Shown piece by piece: positions 20,476 through 30,442 of a stretch of DNA of 64,000 nucleotides. The DNA lies in NCBI GenBank assembly GCA_963827235.1, contig CAWHAE010000010.1, positions 288,001-352,000 on the forward strand, given 5' to 3'. The notes under the pieces were generated by a model. It had not been told where the DNA came from. It searched no databases and saw only the letters and a list, made by a program, of their open reading frames with translations. Origin of the DNA: an uncultured bacterium (GTDB lineage Bacteria > Chloroflexota > UBA5177 > JANWHV01). Positions within the stretch are counted from its first letter, which is position 1. Every line of letters begins with the position of its first letter. The position numbers and the translations under genes were made by a program.

Positions 20476-20864
20476 GATGGCCTCCCTCACTCCGGTGAGG
20501 CTGCCGTGACCTCCTCGGGCACTCATCCATCCTGTTGGGCTTGAGGCTCGCGGCCCAATCATACTGCTGTTCAACTCGCTTCGCAATGGAGTAGCCGATC
20601 CTGCAGATGCACACACGGTAGTCGATCTGTCACCGCGACCGCCTGCGCACTGAGCACGCGGACCTTGCAGCATATGCAATCCATCGGCGCATTGTTCACT
20701 CCGACCGATGTCCTTGAGATTTGAGATAACATTACGCCCCGCACAGGGCGCTGGGCGCCTGGCGGCAGTACACAACGGCGCTGGTGGTCGGGTCAAGGAG
20801 CGGATGGCCGGTACCATAGGCTAGCTCTGGAGGGTACTGACCCATGTTTCCTCCATGCGGCGGC

Positions 20865-20895
20865 TTGACTTTGACCTTGGGGGAAGCCGCAGTCT
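20865..20895 (+). promoter_or_regulatory. MerR-type promoter/operator with a 19-bp spacer
   Basis: TTGACT (20865-70), 19 bp, then CAGTCT (20890-95). Imperfect dyad CTT...AAG across the spacer, directly upstream of a MerR gene. Confidence 0.55.
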
Positions 20896-20931
20896 TGTTC
20901 TGTAACGGTCATGTCGATGAGGAGCGAGCAC

Positions 20932-21771
20932 GTGGATCAGATGAGCATCGGAGAGTTCGCCAGACGTTCGCGACTCTCCGCCAAGGCATTGCGGCTCTAT
21001 GACGAGCTAGGTCTACTGCCGCCTGCACGGGTGGATGAGGATTCTGGCTACCGCTTCTACGAGCTCGGCCAGCTGGGGCAGGCACGCCTGATCGCGGCGC
21101 TGCGCCAGCTGCAGGTCCCGCTGGCGGAGATCAAGGCGATCCTGCCGCTCGAGCGGGTGCACGCAGCAGAGCGCGTCCGCCAGCTCAGGGCTGCCGCCGA
21201 GGCCGAGCACGCGGCCCTCCGTGCGCTCGCTACCTACCTGATCGACGAGCTGAGCGGGAAGGGGCCTGTTGTGTACGAGGTCGGCACGCGGCAGATGCCC
21301 GAGCGGAGCCTGCTGTGTGTGAAGCGCAACGTCGTCGGGGTGGATCGGGCGTGGGCGTTCGGCAAGGAGTTCGTCGGCCTGCTTCGGCACTACCAGCTGC
21401 CGCAGCTACCGGGACGCCCCGGCGCGTTCTTCTGTATCTTCTGGGGTGAGGTCAGCGAGGACAGCGACGGTCCGATGGAGTGGTGCCGTCCCGTCCCAGC
21501 AGACGAGGCGGAAGCGCTCGCCGCCCGCTGCCCGGAGCTGACCCTGCGTGCCGAGCCCGCCCACCAGGAGGCGTTCGTGAAGATCGTCGATGGGCAAGTC
21601 GACGGCGCCGACTGGCACGTGGTCTCACGATCGCTGGAGGCGTGGAGCGAGCAGCAGCCAGACATACTCCCGACTGATCTGGGATTGCGGCTCACCTATC
21701 TCCCCAGCGAAGTGGGGCAGGATACCTACCAAGACTTCGCGGTCCCGTTCGACGGTCGGACACGCGGATGA
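20932..21771 (+). CDS. MerR-family transcriptional regulator with GyrI-like effector domain
   Basis: MSIGEFARRSRLSAKALRLYDELGLLPPARVDEDSGYRFY is a MerR HTH. BmrR/GyrI-like C-terminal domain. Confidence 0.92.
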   Translation: MDQMSIGEFARRSRLSAKALRLYDELGLLPPARVDEDSGYRFYELGQLGQARLIAALRQLQVPLAEIKAILPLERVHAAERVRQLRAAAEAEHAALRALATYLIDELSGKGPVVYEVGTRQMPERSLLCVKRNVVGVDRAWAFGKEFVGLLRHYQLPQLPGRPGAFFCIFWGEVSEDSDGPMEWCRPVPADEAEALAARCPELTLRAEPAHQEAFVKIVDGQVDGADWHVVSRSLEAWSEQQPDILPTDLGLRLTYLPSEVGQDTYQDFAVPFDGRTRG

Positions 21772-22664
21772 CGGCCGTCGTCAAAGCCGAGTCGTTGACC
21801 AAGCGCTTCGGTGCGGTCCCCGCGGTCACGGACCTGTCATGTGCGTTGGAGGCTGGGACGATCACGGGCTTTCTCGGACCGAATGGCGCTGGCAAGACAA
21901 CGACGCTTCGGATGATCCTGGGTCTGGCGGCGCCGACGAGTGGACGAGCACTGGTGTTCGATCATCCGTACGCGGCGTTGCCGCGTGCGGCGTTGCGGAT
22001 TGGTGCCGTGCTCGAGGCGACCGATTTCCATCCCGGCCGTTCGGGCCGCGATCACCTGCGGATGCTCGGGCAGGCCGTTGCTGTGCCTGACTCACGTGCG
22101 GACGAGGTGTTGCGCTTGGTGGAGCTGGGTGGCGCCGCCCGGCGGCGTGTGAAGGGATATTCGCTTGGGATGCGTCAGCGACTTGGGCTCGCGGCGGCGC
22201 TGCTTGGCGACCCGGAGCTGCTGATTCTCGACGAGCCGGCCAACGGGCTTGACCCGGAGGGCGTTCGCTGGCTGCGTGACTTCCTGCGCAGGCTGGCCGC
22301 AGCGGGTCGCACGGTGCTCATCTCCAGTCATGTGCTCTCCGAGGTCGCGCAGACGGTTGACCGGGTGCTCATCATCAGTCGCGGGCGGCTCGTGCTCTCG
22401 TCCGCACTGGCAGAGCTGACCGCCCGTGCCGGCGGCGCGGTTCGCGTCCGCTGTGGCGATCCGCAGCGGCTCACTACGGCGCCGCGTGATCAGGCGTTGC
22501 AGGTGACGACGGGTACCGACCACGCGCTGCTCGTCCAGGGAGCATCCAGCGAGCGGATCGGTGAGATCGCCTTCGCCGCCGGCGTCCCGGTTCACGAGCT
22601 GGTCAACGATGGCGGCGTGCTGGAGGACATCTTCCTCGAACTGACCGCGAAGGCACCGGCATGA
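21768..22664 (+). CDS. ABC-2 type exporter ATP-binding protein (BcrA-like)
   Basis: Walker A GPNGAGKTT, signature YSLGMRQRL, Walker B LILDEPANGLD, SSH. Confidence 0.95.
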   Translation: MTAVVKAESLTKRFGAVPAVTDLSCALEAGTITGFLGPNGAGKTTTLRMILGLAAPTSGRALVFDHPYAALPRAALRIGAVLEATDFHPGRSGRDHLRMLGQAVAVPDSRADEVLRLVELGGAARRRVKGYSLGMRQRLGLAAALLGDPELLILDEPANGLDPEGVRWLRDFLRRLAAAGRTVLISSHVLSEVAQTVDRVLIISRGRLVLSSALAELTARAGGAVRVRCGDPQRLTTAPRDQALQVTTGTDHALLVQGASSERIGEIAFAAGVPVHELVNDGGVLEDIFLELTAKAPA

Positions 22665-23071
22665 TCGCGCAGATCCGGGCAGAGCTCCTGAAGATTCGCT
22701 CGACCCGGACCACGCTCGGACTGGTCCTCGGGATGATCGCGCTGATCCTGCTCATTACGCTGCTCACCGGGCTGCTCACCCTCCCAAGCGGGCTTGCCGG
22801 CAAACAGGACCAGCGTCAGCTGCTGAGCCTGAGCAGTCTCGCAGGCGTGTTCTCTGCACTTGCAGGGGTGTTGCTTGTGACCGGCGAGTACCGCTTCGGC
22901 ACGATCCGCCCGACGTTCCTGTTCAACCCCGCGCGCTCACACGTCCTGGCCGCCAAGGTCATCGCCGGCGCACTGGCCGGCATCGCATTCGGCGTCCTCG
23001 GCGAGGCAATCGCCTGGGCGATTCCGCTATGCGATCCCCGCCGGGCGTGGCATCACTCAGCTCAGGCATGA
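22661..23071 (+). pseudogene. ABC-2 permease, 3'-truncated
   Basis: MIAQIRAELLKIRSTRT...GEYRFGTIRPTFLFNPARSHVLAAK. Only 136 aa (about half the usual size), and it runs into the convergent gene. Confidence 0.75.
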
Positions 23072-24240
23072 GCACCGGCGGTCACCGTGCCCACGGTCAA
23101 GCTGGGCTGGGCACCGAGCATGGCCCCGATGCGCTCCACCTGGTCGCGCAGTGCCCGGTCTTGCGCGGCACTCAGGGCATCGAATGGCTCCACGGTGATC
23201 GCCGCGCGGCGGCCCGTGCGGCGCACGTGCCACACGCCAGCGACCATGCCGTCGATGAGCAACACCGGATAGTTCCCGGCTTGGCCGCTTGGGGTCAGCG
23301 CGCGCGTGCTGGCGCGACCGGGAAACAGCAACGCCCGCGGCTGGCAGCCGACGACATAGGCATCGAAGTAGGGGAGCAGCCGGACACTTGCCGGCGGAGC
23401 AGGAGAAGCCTCGCCGTCGTCGGCGCTGACCCAGGCCCTGGTGCCGGCGACGTGGAGGGGCCGGAGTTGCTGACCGAGGGACGCGAAAAGACGGCGCGCC
23501 CAGGCGTGGGGTGCGCGCAGCCACTGGGCGAAGTGCTCCGGCGTGGCCGGCCCGTAGGCATAGAGGTAGCGGTGCACTAGTGCGACAAGGGCCGCCTCGC
23601 CTTCCAGCGGGCGGAAGGTGGGGAGCCAGCGGTGGGGACTGGTGTAGGTGACCGTCTTGCCTCGGTTCGGGCCGAAGCAGAGCATCCCGCGATGCGCCGC
23701 CGTGGCCAGCGCTTGCCGCCACCGCGGCCACAGCGTGCCGAACGCGGGCATGACGCGCTCGCCCGCCCAGCCGCCAGCGCGCGCAATAACCGCCGCGTCC
23801 AGTTCCTCCAACGTCAGCTCCTGGTCCTCCAGCGCCCGTCCGATCGCATCGACCACGGAGTCAGTTTGCAGCGGCGTCAGACGCACAGCCGGAGCGTGGC
23901 CGAGCGGGGCGAGCGGCATGGCGGAGAGCGCCCCGATCCACGCGGGCAGGTCGGCCGTCGCGAGCAGGTGGACGGTGCCGCGCGGCCCGAAGGTCTTGAT
24001 CAGGCTACGCTCGCGCCACAAGGCGTCCTGCACCGCCGTGCGCGACAGCGCGGTGGCGCGTAGCCCAATGGCCAGCTCTGCCGCGGAAAGCACCTGCGCG
24101 TGCACAGCGCACAGCGTAGTCACAATGGCTGCGGGTTGGGCGGTGTGGCGTGGCTCGAGCAGCGCATGCCGCGCCAGGCGCCTCGCGCAGACGTTGCGCC
24201 AGGACCAGCTCGGAAAGTCGATGTTCTGGCCATCCGCCAT
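23062..24240 (-). CDS. AlkZ-like (HTH_42, winged-helix) DNA glycosylase family protein
   Basis: AVHAQVLSAAELAIGLR (HxQ motif), LIKTFGPRGTVHL, RYLYAYGPAT, VRLLPYFDAYVVG, VLLIDGMVAGVW. RBS GAGGAGG. Confidence 0.88.
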   Translation of the reverse strand: MADGQNIDFPSWSWRNVCARRLARHALLEPRHTAQPAAIVTTLCAVHAQVLSAAELAIGLRATALSRTAVQDALWRERSLIKTFGPRGTVHLLATADLPAWIGALSAMPLAPLGHAPAVRLTPLQTDSVVDAIGRALEDQELTLEELDAAVIARAGGWAGERVMPAFGTLWPRWRQALATAAHRGMLCFGPNRGKTVTYTSPHRWLPTFRPLEGEAALVALVHRYLYAYGPATPEHFAQWLRAPHAWARRLFASLGQQLRPLHVAGTRAWVSADDGEASPAPPASVRLLPYFDAYVVGCQPRALLFPGRASTRALTPSGQAGNYPVLLIDGMVAGVWHVRRTGRRAAITVEPFDALSAAQDRALRDQVERIGAMLGAQPSLTVGTVTAGAHA

Positions 24241-24256
24241 GAGCAGCGCCTCCTCC

Positions 24257-25426
24257 TCACCGTCCAGGAAGCGCCACGCTCGAGCTGGGCGGCTCCGGCC
24301 GCCACCATGGCACGTCCACCGTTCCCACGGCGTCCACGTCATCAGGAGCCGCGGGCGGCATGGCCTGCGCGGTCCCGGCCAATGGCGTGTGCGGTGGGCG
24401 GCGCGGGATGCGCTGGTCCGATGGAGGGATGCCACCGCCGGGGGTCCAGTCGCCTGGGCGCCGCACCTCCCACTGTTGGTCCGGCCTGTCGCTGCCCAGC
24501 GCGATCACCATCACCAGGAGGTCATCGCCCAAGCTGCCGTCACTCACGACGCCCAGACAGGAGACCTTGCCTTCTCCGGCCTCCGCGACCATCAACGTCG
24601 CCACTTGGGCGGCTTCGAGCGGCGAAAGCTGGTCCGCTGCCACTGCATAGAACAGCCGGATCGCGTTGCTCGGCGCAGTCCGCAGGAGCGGGCTTGTCAG
24701 CGCCTGCAGGGCGGCGTATGTCGCGCGGTCCAGACCTGACGCCCGGCCGATGCCGATAGAGCTGCGACCTCCGGCGGGGAGCAGGCCATTCAGGTCCGCA
24801 ATGGAAATCCCAGCTATGCTCGGCTCCACGAAAGTGCGCGCAAGGATGCGCACGACAAGCTGCACGAACTCGTCGGCGAACGCGAACGCCATGTCCATCG
24901 AGAATTTCCTGTCTGACACGTGCAGCAACAGGTCGCACGGGACGACAATCAGCAAGTCGACCGCGGATGTTAGTGTGTCGATCGCTTCGGCGGCCGTGTC
25001 GCGGCGGCGACCTTCAAACGTGAACGGCGCGGTGACGACGCCAATGGTCAGAACACCTTCTTGACGAGCAATCCCGCCAAGCACGGGTGCGCAGCCGCTT
25101 CCCGTCTCGCCGCCCATGCCGGCCACGATGAAGAGCACGTCGTTTCTCTCGACGGCCAGCCGGAGCGTCTCACTTGCCTCCTGGGCGGCCCTTCGACCTG
25201 GGCTTGCCGCGACGCCGGCGTTCGGTCCGCTCAGGGTTGGCGCGACGAGGTGAATCTTCTTGGGCGCTCTCGACCGCGCCAGAGCGTCCGCATCGGTATC
25301 GATGACGGCGATCTGCGCCTCCGGAATCCCGGCAAGCATCATGGCATCAATAACCCTGCCGCCGGCGCCGCCCACGCCGACAATCCTGATCCTGGCGTCG
25401 TGCGCTGGCGAGTCCTGCTGAGCCAT
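24257..25426 (-). CDS. Divergent FtsZ paralogue (tubulin/FtsZ GTPase fold, degenerate motifs)
   Basis: IRIVGVGGAGG, AVIDTD, FIVAGMGGETGSGCAPV, LTIGVVTAPFTFEGRRR, IGIGRASG.DRA, ALTSPLL and VMVIALG follow the FtsZ motif order. Several catalytic positions are altered. Confidence 0.9.
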   Translation of the reverse strand: MAQQDSPAHDARIRIVGVGGAGGRVIDAMMLAGIPEAQIAVIDTDADALARSRAPKKIHLVAPTLSGPNAGVAASPGRRAAQEASETLRLAVERNDVLFIVAGMGGETGSGCAPVLGGIARQEGVLTIGVVTAPFTFEGRRRDTAAEAIDTLTSAVDLLIVVPCDLLLHVSDRKFSMDMAFAFADEFVQLVVRILARTFVEPSIAGISIADLNGLLPAGGRSSIGIGRASGLDRATYAALQALTSPLLRTAPSNAIRLFYAVAADQLSPLEAAQVATLMVAEAGEGKVSCLGVVSDGSLGDDLLVMVIALGSDRPDQQWEVRRPGDWTPGGGIPPSDQRIPRRPPHTPLAGTAQAMPPAAPDDVDAVGTVDVPWWRPEPPSSSVALPGR

Positions 25427-26041
25427 GCCATACACCTTACGCGCTGTCTGGTAATCCAGCTCATTGTCGCACAATGCTGCGAAGCGACGCGCCGGCACCA
25501 TGTGGCGGCCCGCCGAACCCTCCGGTACGGTTGAGCGGGGACATACCGAATCTGATTGAGTGGACGTTGCTCTCTAATACCGAGTTTGATCGATTTAGCG
25601 GACTTACCGACGTAGAACTCATCTTTCGCGAGGCACGTTCAAACTGCTCTTGGCGGCGGCATCGGCGTGCTGACGGCGCTGGGGCATGATGACCTCCCTG
25701 ATGCGTCACGTTACGGTTGCGGGTGAGGGGCGTCGACGTGTGTGCCGCGTACCGCCGGACAGCGTGTCCTGCTGGTGGGCCATACACGGTCACGATGCCG
25801 GCCGGGCGCGCAACGCCCCGACGAGCCGCGGACCGGTGAGCCGATCGTCCTGGAGCCAGGAGTCATCGAACTCGAGGATCACCTGGGCCCGCCAGCGCTG
25901 GATGGCACGCTCTCCCTCGAACCGGTCATACCCCACCAGTTGCACGAGCAGAAGCCACGCAACCTGCCGGTCGTGTAGCGGCGGCGGTAGGGTCGTTGCA
26001 GTATCATGTGCGCAACACACGTTGCTGTTAAGGTGGCAGGG

Positions 26042-27172
26042 ATGGCGACAATCAAGGATGTGGCGCGACTGGCCGGCGTTACCCACACCACGGTCTCGCA
26101 TGCGCTGAGCGGGAATCGGCCGGTGGCACCCAAGACGCGGGAAGCCATACTGGACGCGGTGCGCGAGCTCAACTACCACCCGAACGCCAATGCCCTCAGC
26201 CTGACCGCGCGATTCACGAAGCGCATCTGCCTGGCCGTGCCGCTGGATGCGCCGAATCGAAGCCTTTCAAAGGGACCGTCCTTCGACTTCATCGCGAGCG
26301 TCGGCGATCGGCTCTCCCACCATGGCTATGCACTGGTGTGCGAGATCTCCCATGGACTGGACGCGGCCAGCGTGGTCGATCTGGTGCGCCGGCGCCACGT
26401 CGACGGTGTGTTGCTGCTGGGCACACAGTTGGTTGACCCTCGCGTGGAGGCTCTGCGCAAAGCAGGCGCCCCGTTCGTGACTCTTGGCCGCACAAAGCGG
26501 CCATCGCACTACGTGCGCGTCGACGCAGACGCGGCCGGCGCGGCGGAAACCGCGGTGGAGCACCTGTTCAGCCTCGGGCATCAACACATCGGCCTGGTAT
26601 TGCCGGTGCTGAACGGGGCGCCGGTACTGGGCAGCCACTTTCACGCGCTTGCGGGCTTCAAGCGAGCCTATGCCGGCTTGGGCCTGCCGGTACACAAGCG
26701 GCAGATTGTGACCTACAACCTGATGGAGGGCGTGCGCGAGAGCCTGCGGCCGCTCTTCGAGCGTCGCAGCGAGCTGACGGCGCTCATCGCGGCGGGCAAC
26801 GACCTCGAAGCAGTCTCCGTCCTGCGTGCGCTGATCGAGCACGGCCGGCGCGTGCCCGAGGACATCTCGCTCATGGGACTCGTGGATTCGCCCCTCACTC
26901 AAATGTCGCAACCCTCGATTTCGGTGACGGATCTTCCTGTGAGCGAGATGTGCAAGCTCGCGGTGGACTTGCTGGTGGACCTGGTTCAAGGGCGCAAGCC
27001 GCGCCAGATGGAGTACCTCTTGCCCGTGACCCTCATCGAGCGCCCCAGCACGGCACGGATTGGCGCGTCGCTGTATCACGAGCCGAGGCCGCTCGGCAAT
27101 CGTCCTCGAGCCACTGCACCGCCGTTCCGCCAAAATGCATGCTCAGATCGTCGATCAGGCCGTTCGCATTGA
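26042..27172 (+). CDS. LacI-family transcriptional regulator
   Basis: MATIKDVARLAGVTHTTVSHALSG...LNYHPNANALSL; GRRVPEDISLMG; LIERPST. The C-terminal tail overlaps a permease remnant. Confidence 0.93.
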   Translation: MATIKDVARLAGVTHTTVSHALSGNRPVAPKTREAILDAVRELNYHPNANALSLTARFTKRICLAVPLDAPNRSLSKGPSFDFIASVGDRLSHHGYALVCEISHGLDAASVVDLVRRRHVDGVLLLGTQLVDPRVEALRKAGAPFVTLGRTKRPSHYVRVDADAAGAAETAVEHLFSLGHQHIGLVLPVLNGAPVLGSHFHALAGFKRAYAGLGLPVHKRQIVTYNLMEGVRESLRPLFERRSELTALIAAGNDLEAVSVLRALIEHGRRVPEDISLMGLVDSPLTQMSQPSISVTDLPVSEMCKLAVDLLVDLVQGRKPRQMEYLLPVTLIERPSTARIGASLYHEPRPLGNRPRATAPPFRQNACSDRRSGRSH

Positions 27173-27385
27173 AGAGCAGCTGGAAGGCCACGCCCTGGAC
27201 GACCAAGAAGATCACGCAGGGGAGATAGCAGATAGCGCGGAAGAGCCGCACGCCGCCGTGCGGCTGGTTGAGAAAGACGGCCAACGCGAGGCTTCCGGCC
27301 ACGCCCGCCCCGACGGGTATCCCGGTGAACAGCACTGCCTGCTTGATCACCGTGCCCAGGTAGGGATCCTGCGGCGCGTCGGTGT
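27100..27385 (-). pseudogene. Carbohydrate ABC permease internal fragment
   Basis: DPYLGTVIKQAVLFTG...LALAVFLNQPHGGVRLFRAICYLP...FQLLFNANGLID...VQWLED; no EAA motif region. Confidence 0.7.
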
Positions 27386-27619
27386 AGTCGCTCCAGCCCT
27401 CCCTCCAGCGCATGTGCGTGCCTGGAGAGCCGTATAGTTGGTAAAGCTCAAGATGGGGTTGAGTGTGGTGTCAAACCCTCGCTCGCCGGGCACCTCGGGC
27501 AGGCGACCGAACCGGATCGGGATGATTGGACAAGAACGGCGAAGTTGCCAAACAAGCGCGACCGTTGAGGCGTTGACGCCGAGCCACTATGTCGGTGCGG
27601 CGAGCGCGCGCATGTCCCT

Positions 27620-27710
27620 CAGGTTGCTGAAGGCAAGGAGCCAGAGCGGTACGAACGCGATGCCGCGCCGTTCGCACTCGACCAGCATCTCGATGTCAAG
27701 TTGCTGGTTG
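27620..27710 (-). pseudogene. Possible aldo/keto reductase micro-fragment
   Basis: Own translation LDIEMLVECERRGIAFVPL resembles the AKR segment ELLxxCxxxGIAFVP. Very short. Confidence 0.3.
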
Positions 27711-27780
27711 GTTAGGTTCAGCGGCAGACCGAGAGGGCGTAGGTGATACGTACACGCGCTGCTGTCCTCGAGGTTCCGCC

Positions 27781-27870
27781 TTGCCTACCCCTCGCAAACC
27801 CACCGAGCCGGCCGCCAGGGCGATTGACGCCGTCTGCGTCCAGTTTGACCATCTCTTCAATCGGCTTCAT
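27781..27870 (+). mobile_element. Possible IS701-family transposase N-terminal remnant
   Basis: MPTPRKPTEPAARAIDAVCVQFDHLFNRL resembles IS701 N-termini (R.PT.P....D.YC..F..LF). It stops resembling the family after about 30 aa. Confidence 0.4.
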
Positions 27871-27944
27871 CAATCGATCGGATCCCTGGGCGCTTCGCAA
27901 GTGGTGGCGAGACCCGCGCTCCGGTCTGCATCGCTAACTGTGTC

Positions 27945-29270
27945 CTACACCTCAAGGTGCTTGAATTGCGGCAGATAGCCGCGATTCTGGGCAAACATCT
28001 CGTTGACCATTGTCCGGATTTCGGCGAGTGACAACACGGCCGCGGTCAGTGGATCGTAGGCGACGGCCTGGAACACAAGCCGCGGATTGCCGGTGAGGGC
28101 TGCCTCCACCGCCATCTCCTCGACCATGACGCTCACATGGTTGAGCGTCACCAGCTGTGCGGGCAACGCGCCAACGTGTACGGGCCGGAAGCCATTCCGA
28201 TCCACATACACGGGGACCTCGACACATGCGTCCTGCGGCAGATTGGAGATCAGCGATGTGTTCCGTACGTTTCCGTTGAAGCCGAAAACCTCGCCACCTA
28301 GCAGCGCGTTAATGATGTACGCCGCGTACTCGTAGCCGCGTTCCAAAGAGATCGGAGTCTTGCTATCGAACCACTCGCGTGCCTCATCGCGCCAAGTTGA
28401 TTCGCGATCGGAATAGTGCTTGACGATGTAGGCGTACTCCCCGGGGTTCCAGCCCGTGCCATGAGTGCAGTACTTCTCGATGAGATCGGGGCGCTTGCGG
28501 AACCACCAGTTGTATTCCGAATTGTGCCCGCTGGACTCGGTAGGATAGTAGTCGAGATGCAGGAACATCTCGTTGCGAACGATCTCTTCGTTATAGATCT
28601 CCGGGTTACGCATGGCCTCGGCGATGCGCGGATACGCATCCACGCCATTCCACGCGTAGCGCAGATAGAAGGCTTGGTGATTGATGCCGGCGCATGTGTA
28701 GGTGATCTCGTCCATCGGCGCCCCGATCCAGCGCGCGAGCATCTCCGCCGTACCCTGTACGCTGTGGCACAAACCGGTAGTCACGATCGGCGACGTCCGT
28801 TGAATAGCACGACAGAGCATGGCCATGGGATTGGTGTAGTTCAGCAGCACAGCATTGGGACAATACCGTTCCATGTCCCTGACGATGTCCTGCATTACCG
28901 GGATGGTGCGCAGCGCGCGAAAGATGCCTGACGGCCCTCGGGTATCGCCCACGTTTGTGTCGACGCCGTACTTCTTGGGGATCTCGATATCATGCCGCCA
29001 CACGTCAACACCGCCGGCCAGGATGGTGCAGAGTACGACGTCGCTGCCTTTGAGCGCCTCCGCCCGATTCGTCGTGGTCTCGACGCGAGCCGGATACTGG
29101 CCGAGCTCGACAATCCGGCGCACCGATCGGTCGGCAAACTCCAGCCGCTCGCCATCGACGTCCATCAGGACCAGCGTGGCATCCCGAAGCAACGGGAAGG
29201 TGAGAAGGTCTCGAACCAGCCCACGGGTAAACCCGTAGCTACCAGCTCCAACAAATGTGATTCTGGTCAT
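27945..29270 (-). CDS. melA: GH4 NAD-dependent alpha-galactosidase
   Basis: [73 protein letters not shown]. Confidence 0.92.
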   Translation of the reverse strand: MTRITFVGAGSYGFTRGLVRDLLTFPLLRDATLVLMDVDGERLEFADRSVRRIVELGQYPARVETTTNRAEALKGSDVVLCTILAGGVDVWRHDIEIPKKYGVDTNVGDTRGPSGIFRALRTIPVMQDIVRDMERYCPNAVLLNYTNPMAMLCRAIQRTSPIVTTGLCHSVQGTAEMLARWIGAPMDEITYTCAGINHQAFYLRYAWNGVDAYPRIAEAMRNPEIYNEEIVRNEMFLHLDYYPTESSGHNSEYNWWFRKRPDLIEKYCTHGTGWNPGEYAYIVKHYSDRESTWRDEAREWFDSKTPISLERGYEYAAYIINALLGGEVFGFNGNVRNTSLISNLPQDACVEVPVYVDRNGFRPVHVGALPAQLVTLNHVSVMVEEMAVEAALTGNPRLVFQAVAYDPLTAAVLSLAEIRTMVNEMFAQNRGYLPQFKHLEV

Positions 29271-29339
29271 GGCGCTCTCTCCCATCCTCGTTTGGCGTGC
29301 GCGGTTTGCCCGATCAGACTGCATTCTGCCGGGTGGCGA

Positions 29340-30416
29340 TCAGGGCACCCAAGATTGAGTCGTGGTGGACACGGGAACCCCGCTCTTCACCGCGGCGTCG
29401 ATCGAAAGACCCAAATAGTGGTCCTGTGCCGCCTCCGGTAGGCTGTAGAAGCCGGATCCGCCGCTCACATAGCGGTCCATATGCAGCAGGCAGGTTCCGA
29501 CCGCGATCTCGTCGTCGGCAAGTCGTGCGGGCGCGAGGGGATTGTGATAGAGCCACTCCTGCCCTGCAAGAATGCCCTTGTGATAGTAGCCTTCCAGGTT
29601 CCCATCCTGGCCTGCATCCTCGCGCCGCAAGGTGAGGACGACCGGTGTGCGGTAGTCAGCGAGATAGCGGAGCTCCGCATTGTGTATCTCGCCGCGCTCA
29701 CCCCGAACGAGCAGGCGCGGCGAGCGAATCCACGAGAAGTACTGGTCGCCGGTGAAGTCGTACACGCCGAGTTTGTCGCCGAAGTCGAGATGAGCGATTA
29801 CCGTCGTCGATTGGCCGATCTTCTCGTTCGAGGGTGGCCCCTCTCGCCCAGGGCCATCGACGATTGGCGCGACGAACTGGCGGGCGGTGATGGTGGCGTT
29901 CTCGAACGATAGGCCGAGCAAGCGCCGCAGCATGCTCATGCCGTGGTAGCCGTGCGCCAGCGACACCTCAGCCAAGCGCACGGTGCCCAGCTTCCCGGAC
30001 GTCACGATCGCTACCCGCGCCGCGTTGAGCGGCTGAAACGGGTACTGCTCGGCCACCTGTATCTTGGCGTCCGCTCCCACGCGCCGGTAGAGCTCATTGA
30101 GCGCCTGCAGATCCGGCGCCGGTGGCGTCTCCGCCAATGCCGGCACACCGCGATCGTGCAGGTCGCCGAGCACGGCGGGCGTCGCCGCCCAGGGGACGCT
30201 GGCCACGACGAAGCCAAGGTCCGCTACGCCGAGCAGCGCGTCGAGTGAGCCATAGGTCGCCACCTCAAAGCGATCGCTCAGTACCCGCTGCTTGGCCGGA
30301 TCGCGAACCACCACGCCGGCAACGCGAAAAATGTCCGGCAATTCTCGTGCCACCCGCAGATAGAAAGCAGCCCGCCAGCCTCCGCCGACAATGCCAAAGG
30401 ATATGGGTTTCATCAC
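29340..30416 (-). CDS. Gfo/Idh/MocA family oxidoreductase
   Basis: FGIVGGGWRA Rossmann motif, LAETPP, VAEQY, AHGYHG. Confidence 0.88.
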   Translation of the reverse strand: MMKPISFGIVGGGWRAAFYLRVARELPDIFRVAGVVVRDPAKQRVLSDRFEVATYGSLDALLGVADLGFVVASVPWAATPAVLGDLHDRGVPALAETPPAPDLQALNELYRRVGADAKIQVAEQYPFQPLNAARVAIVTSGKLGTVRLAEVSLAHGYHGMSMLRRLLGLSFENATITARQFVAPIVDGPGREGPPSNEKIGQSTTVIAHLDFGDKLGVYDFTGDQYFSWIRSPRLLVRGERGEIHNAELRYLADYRTPVVLTLRREDAGQDGNLEGYYHKGILAGQEWLYHNPLAPARLADDEIAVGTCLLHMDRYVSGGSGFYSLPEAAQDHYLGLSIDAAVKSGVPVSTTTQSWVP

Positions 30417-30442
30417 ATGATCCTCTTCATAACATTCGTGCC

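Noticed and set aside
24257-25426. Canonical cell-division ftsZ
   Set aside because: The tubulin signature and T7 loop are degenerate and there is no dcw context, so the gene symbol was withheld.
25686-25980. Possible integrase or other gene remnant upstream of the FtsZ-like gene
   Set aside because: No catalytic motif could be recognised with confidence.
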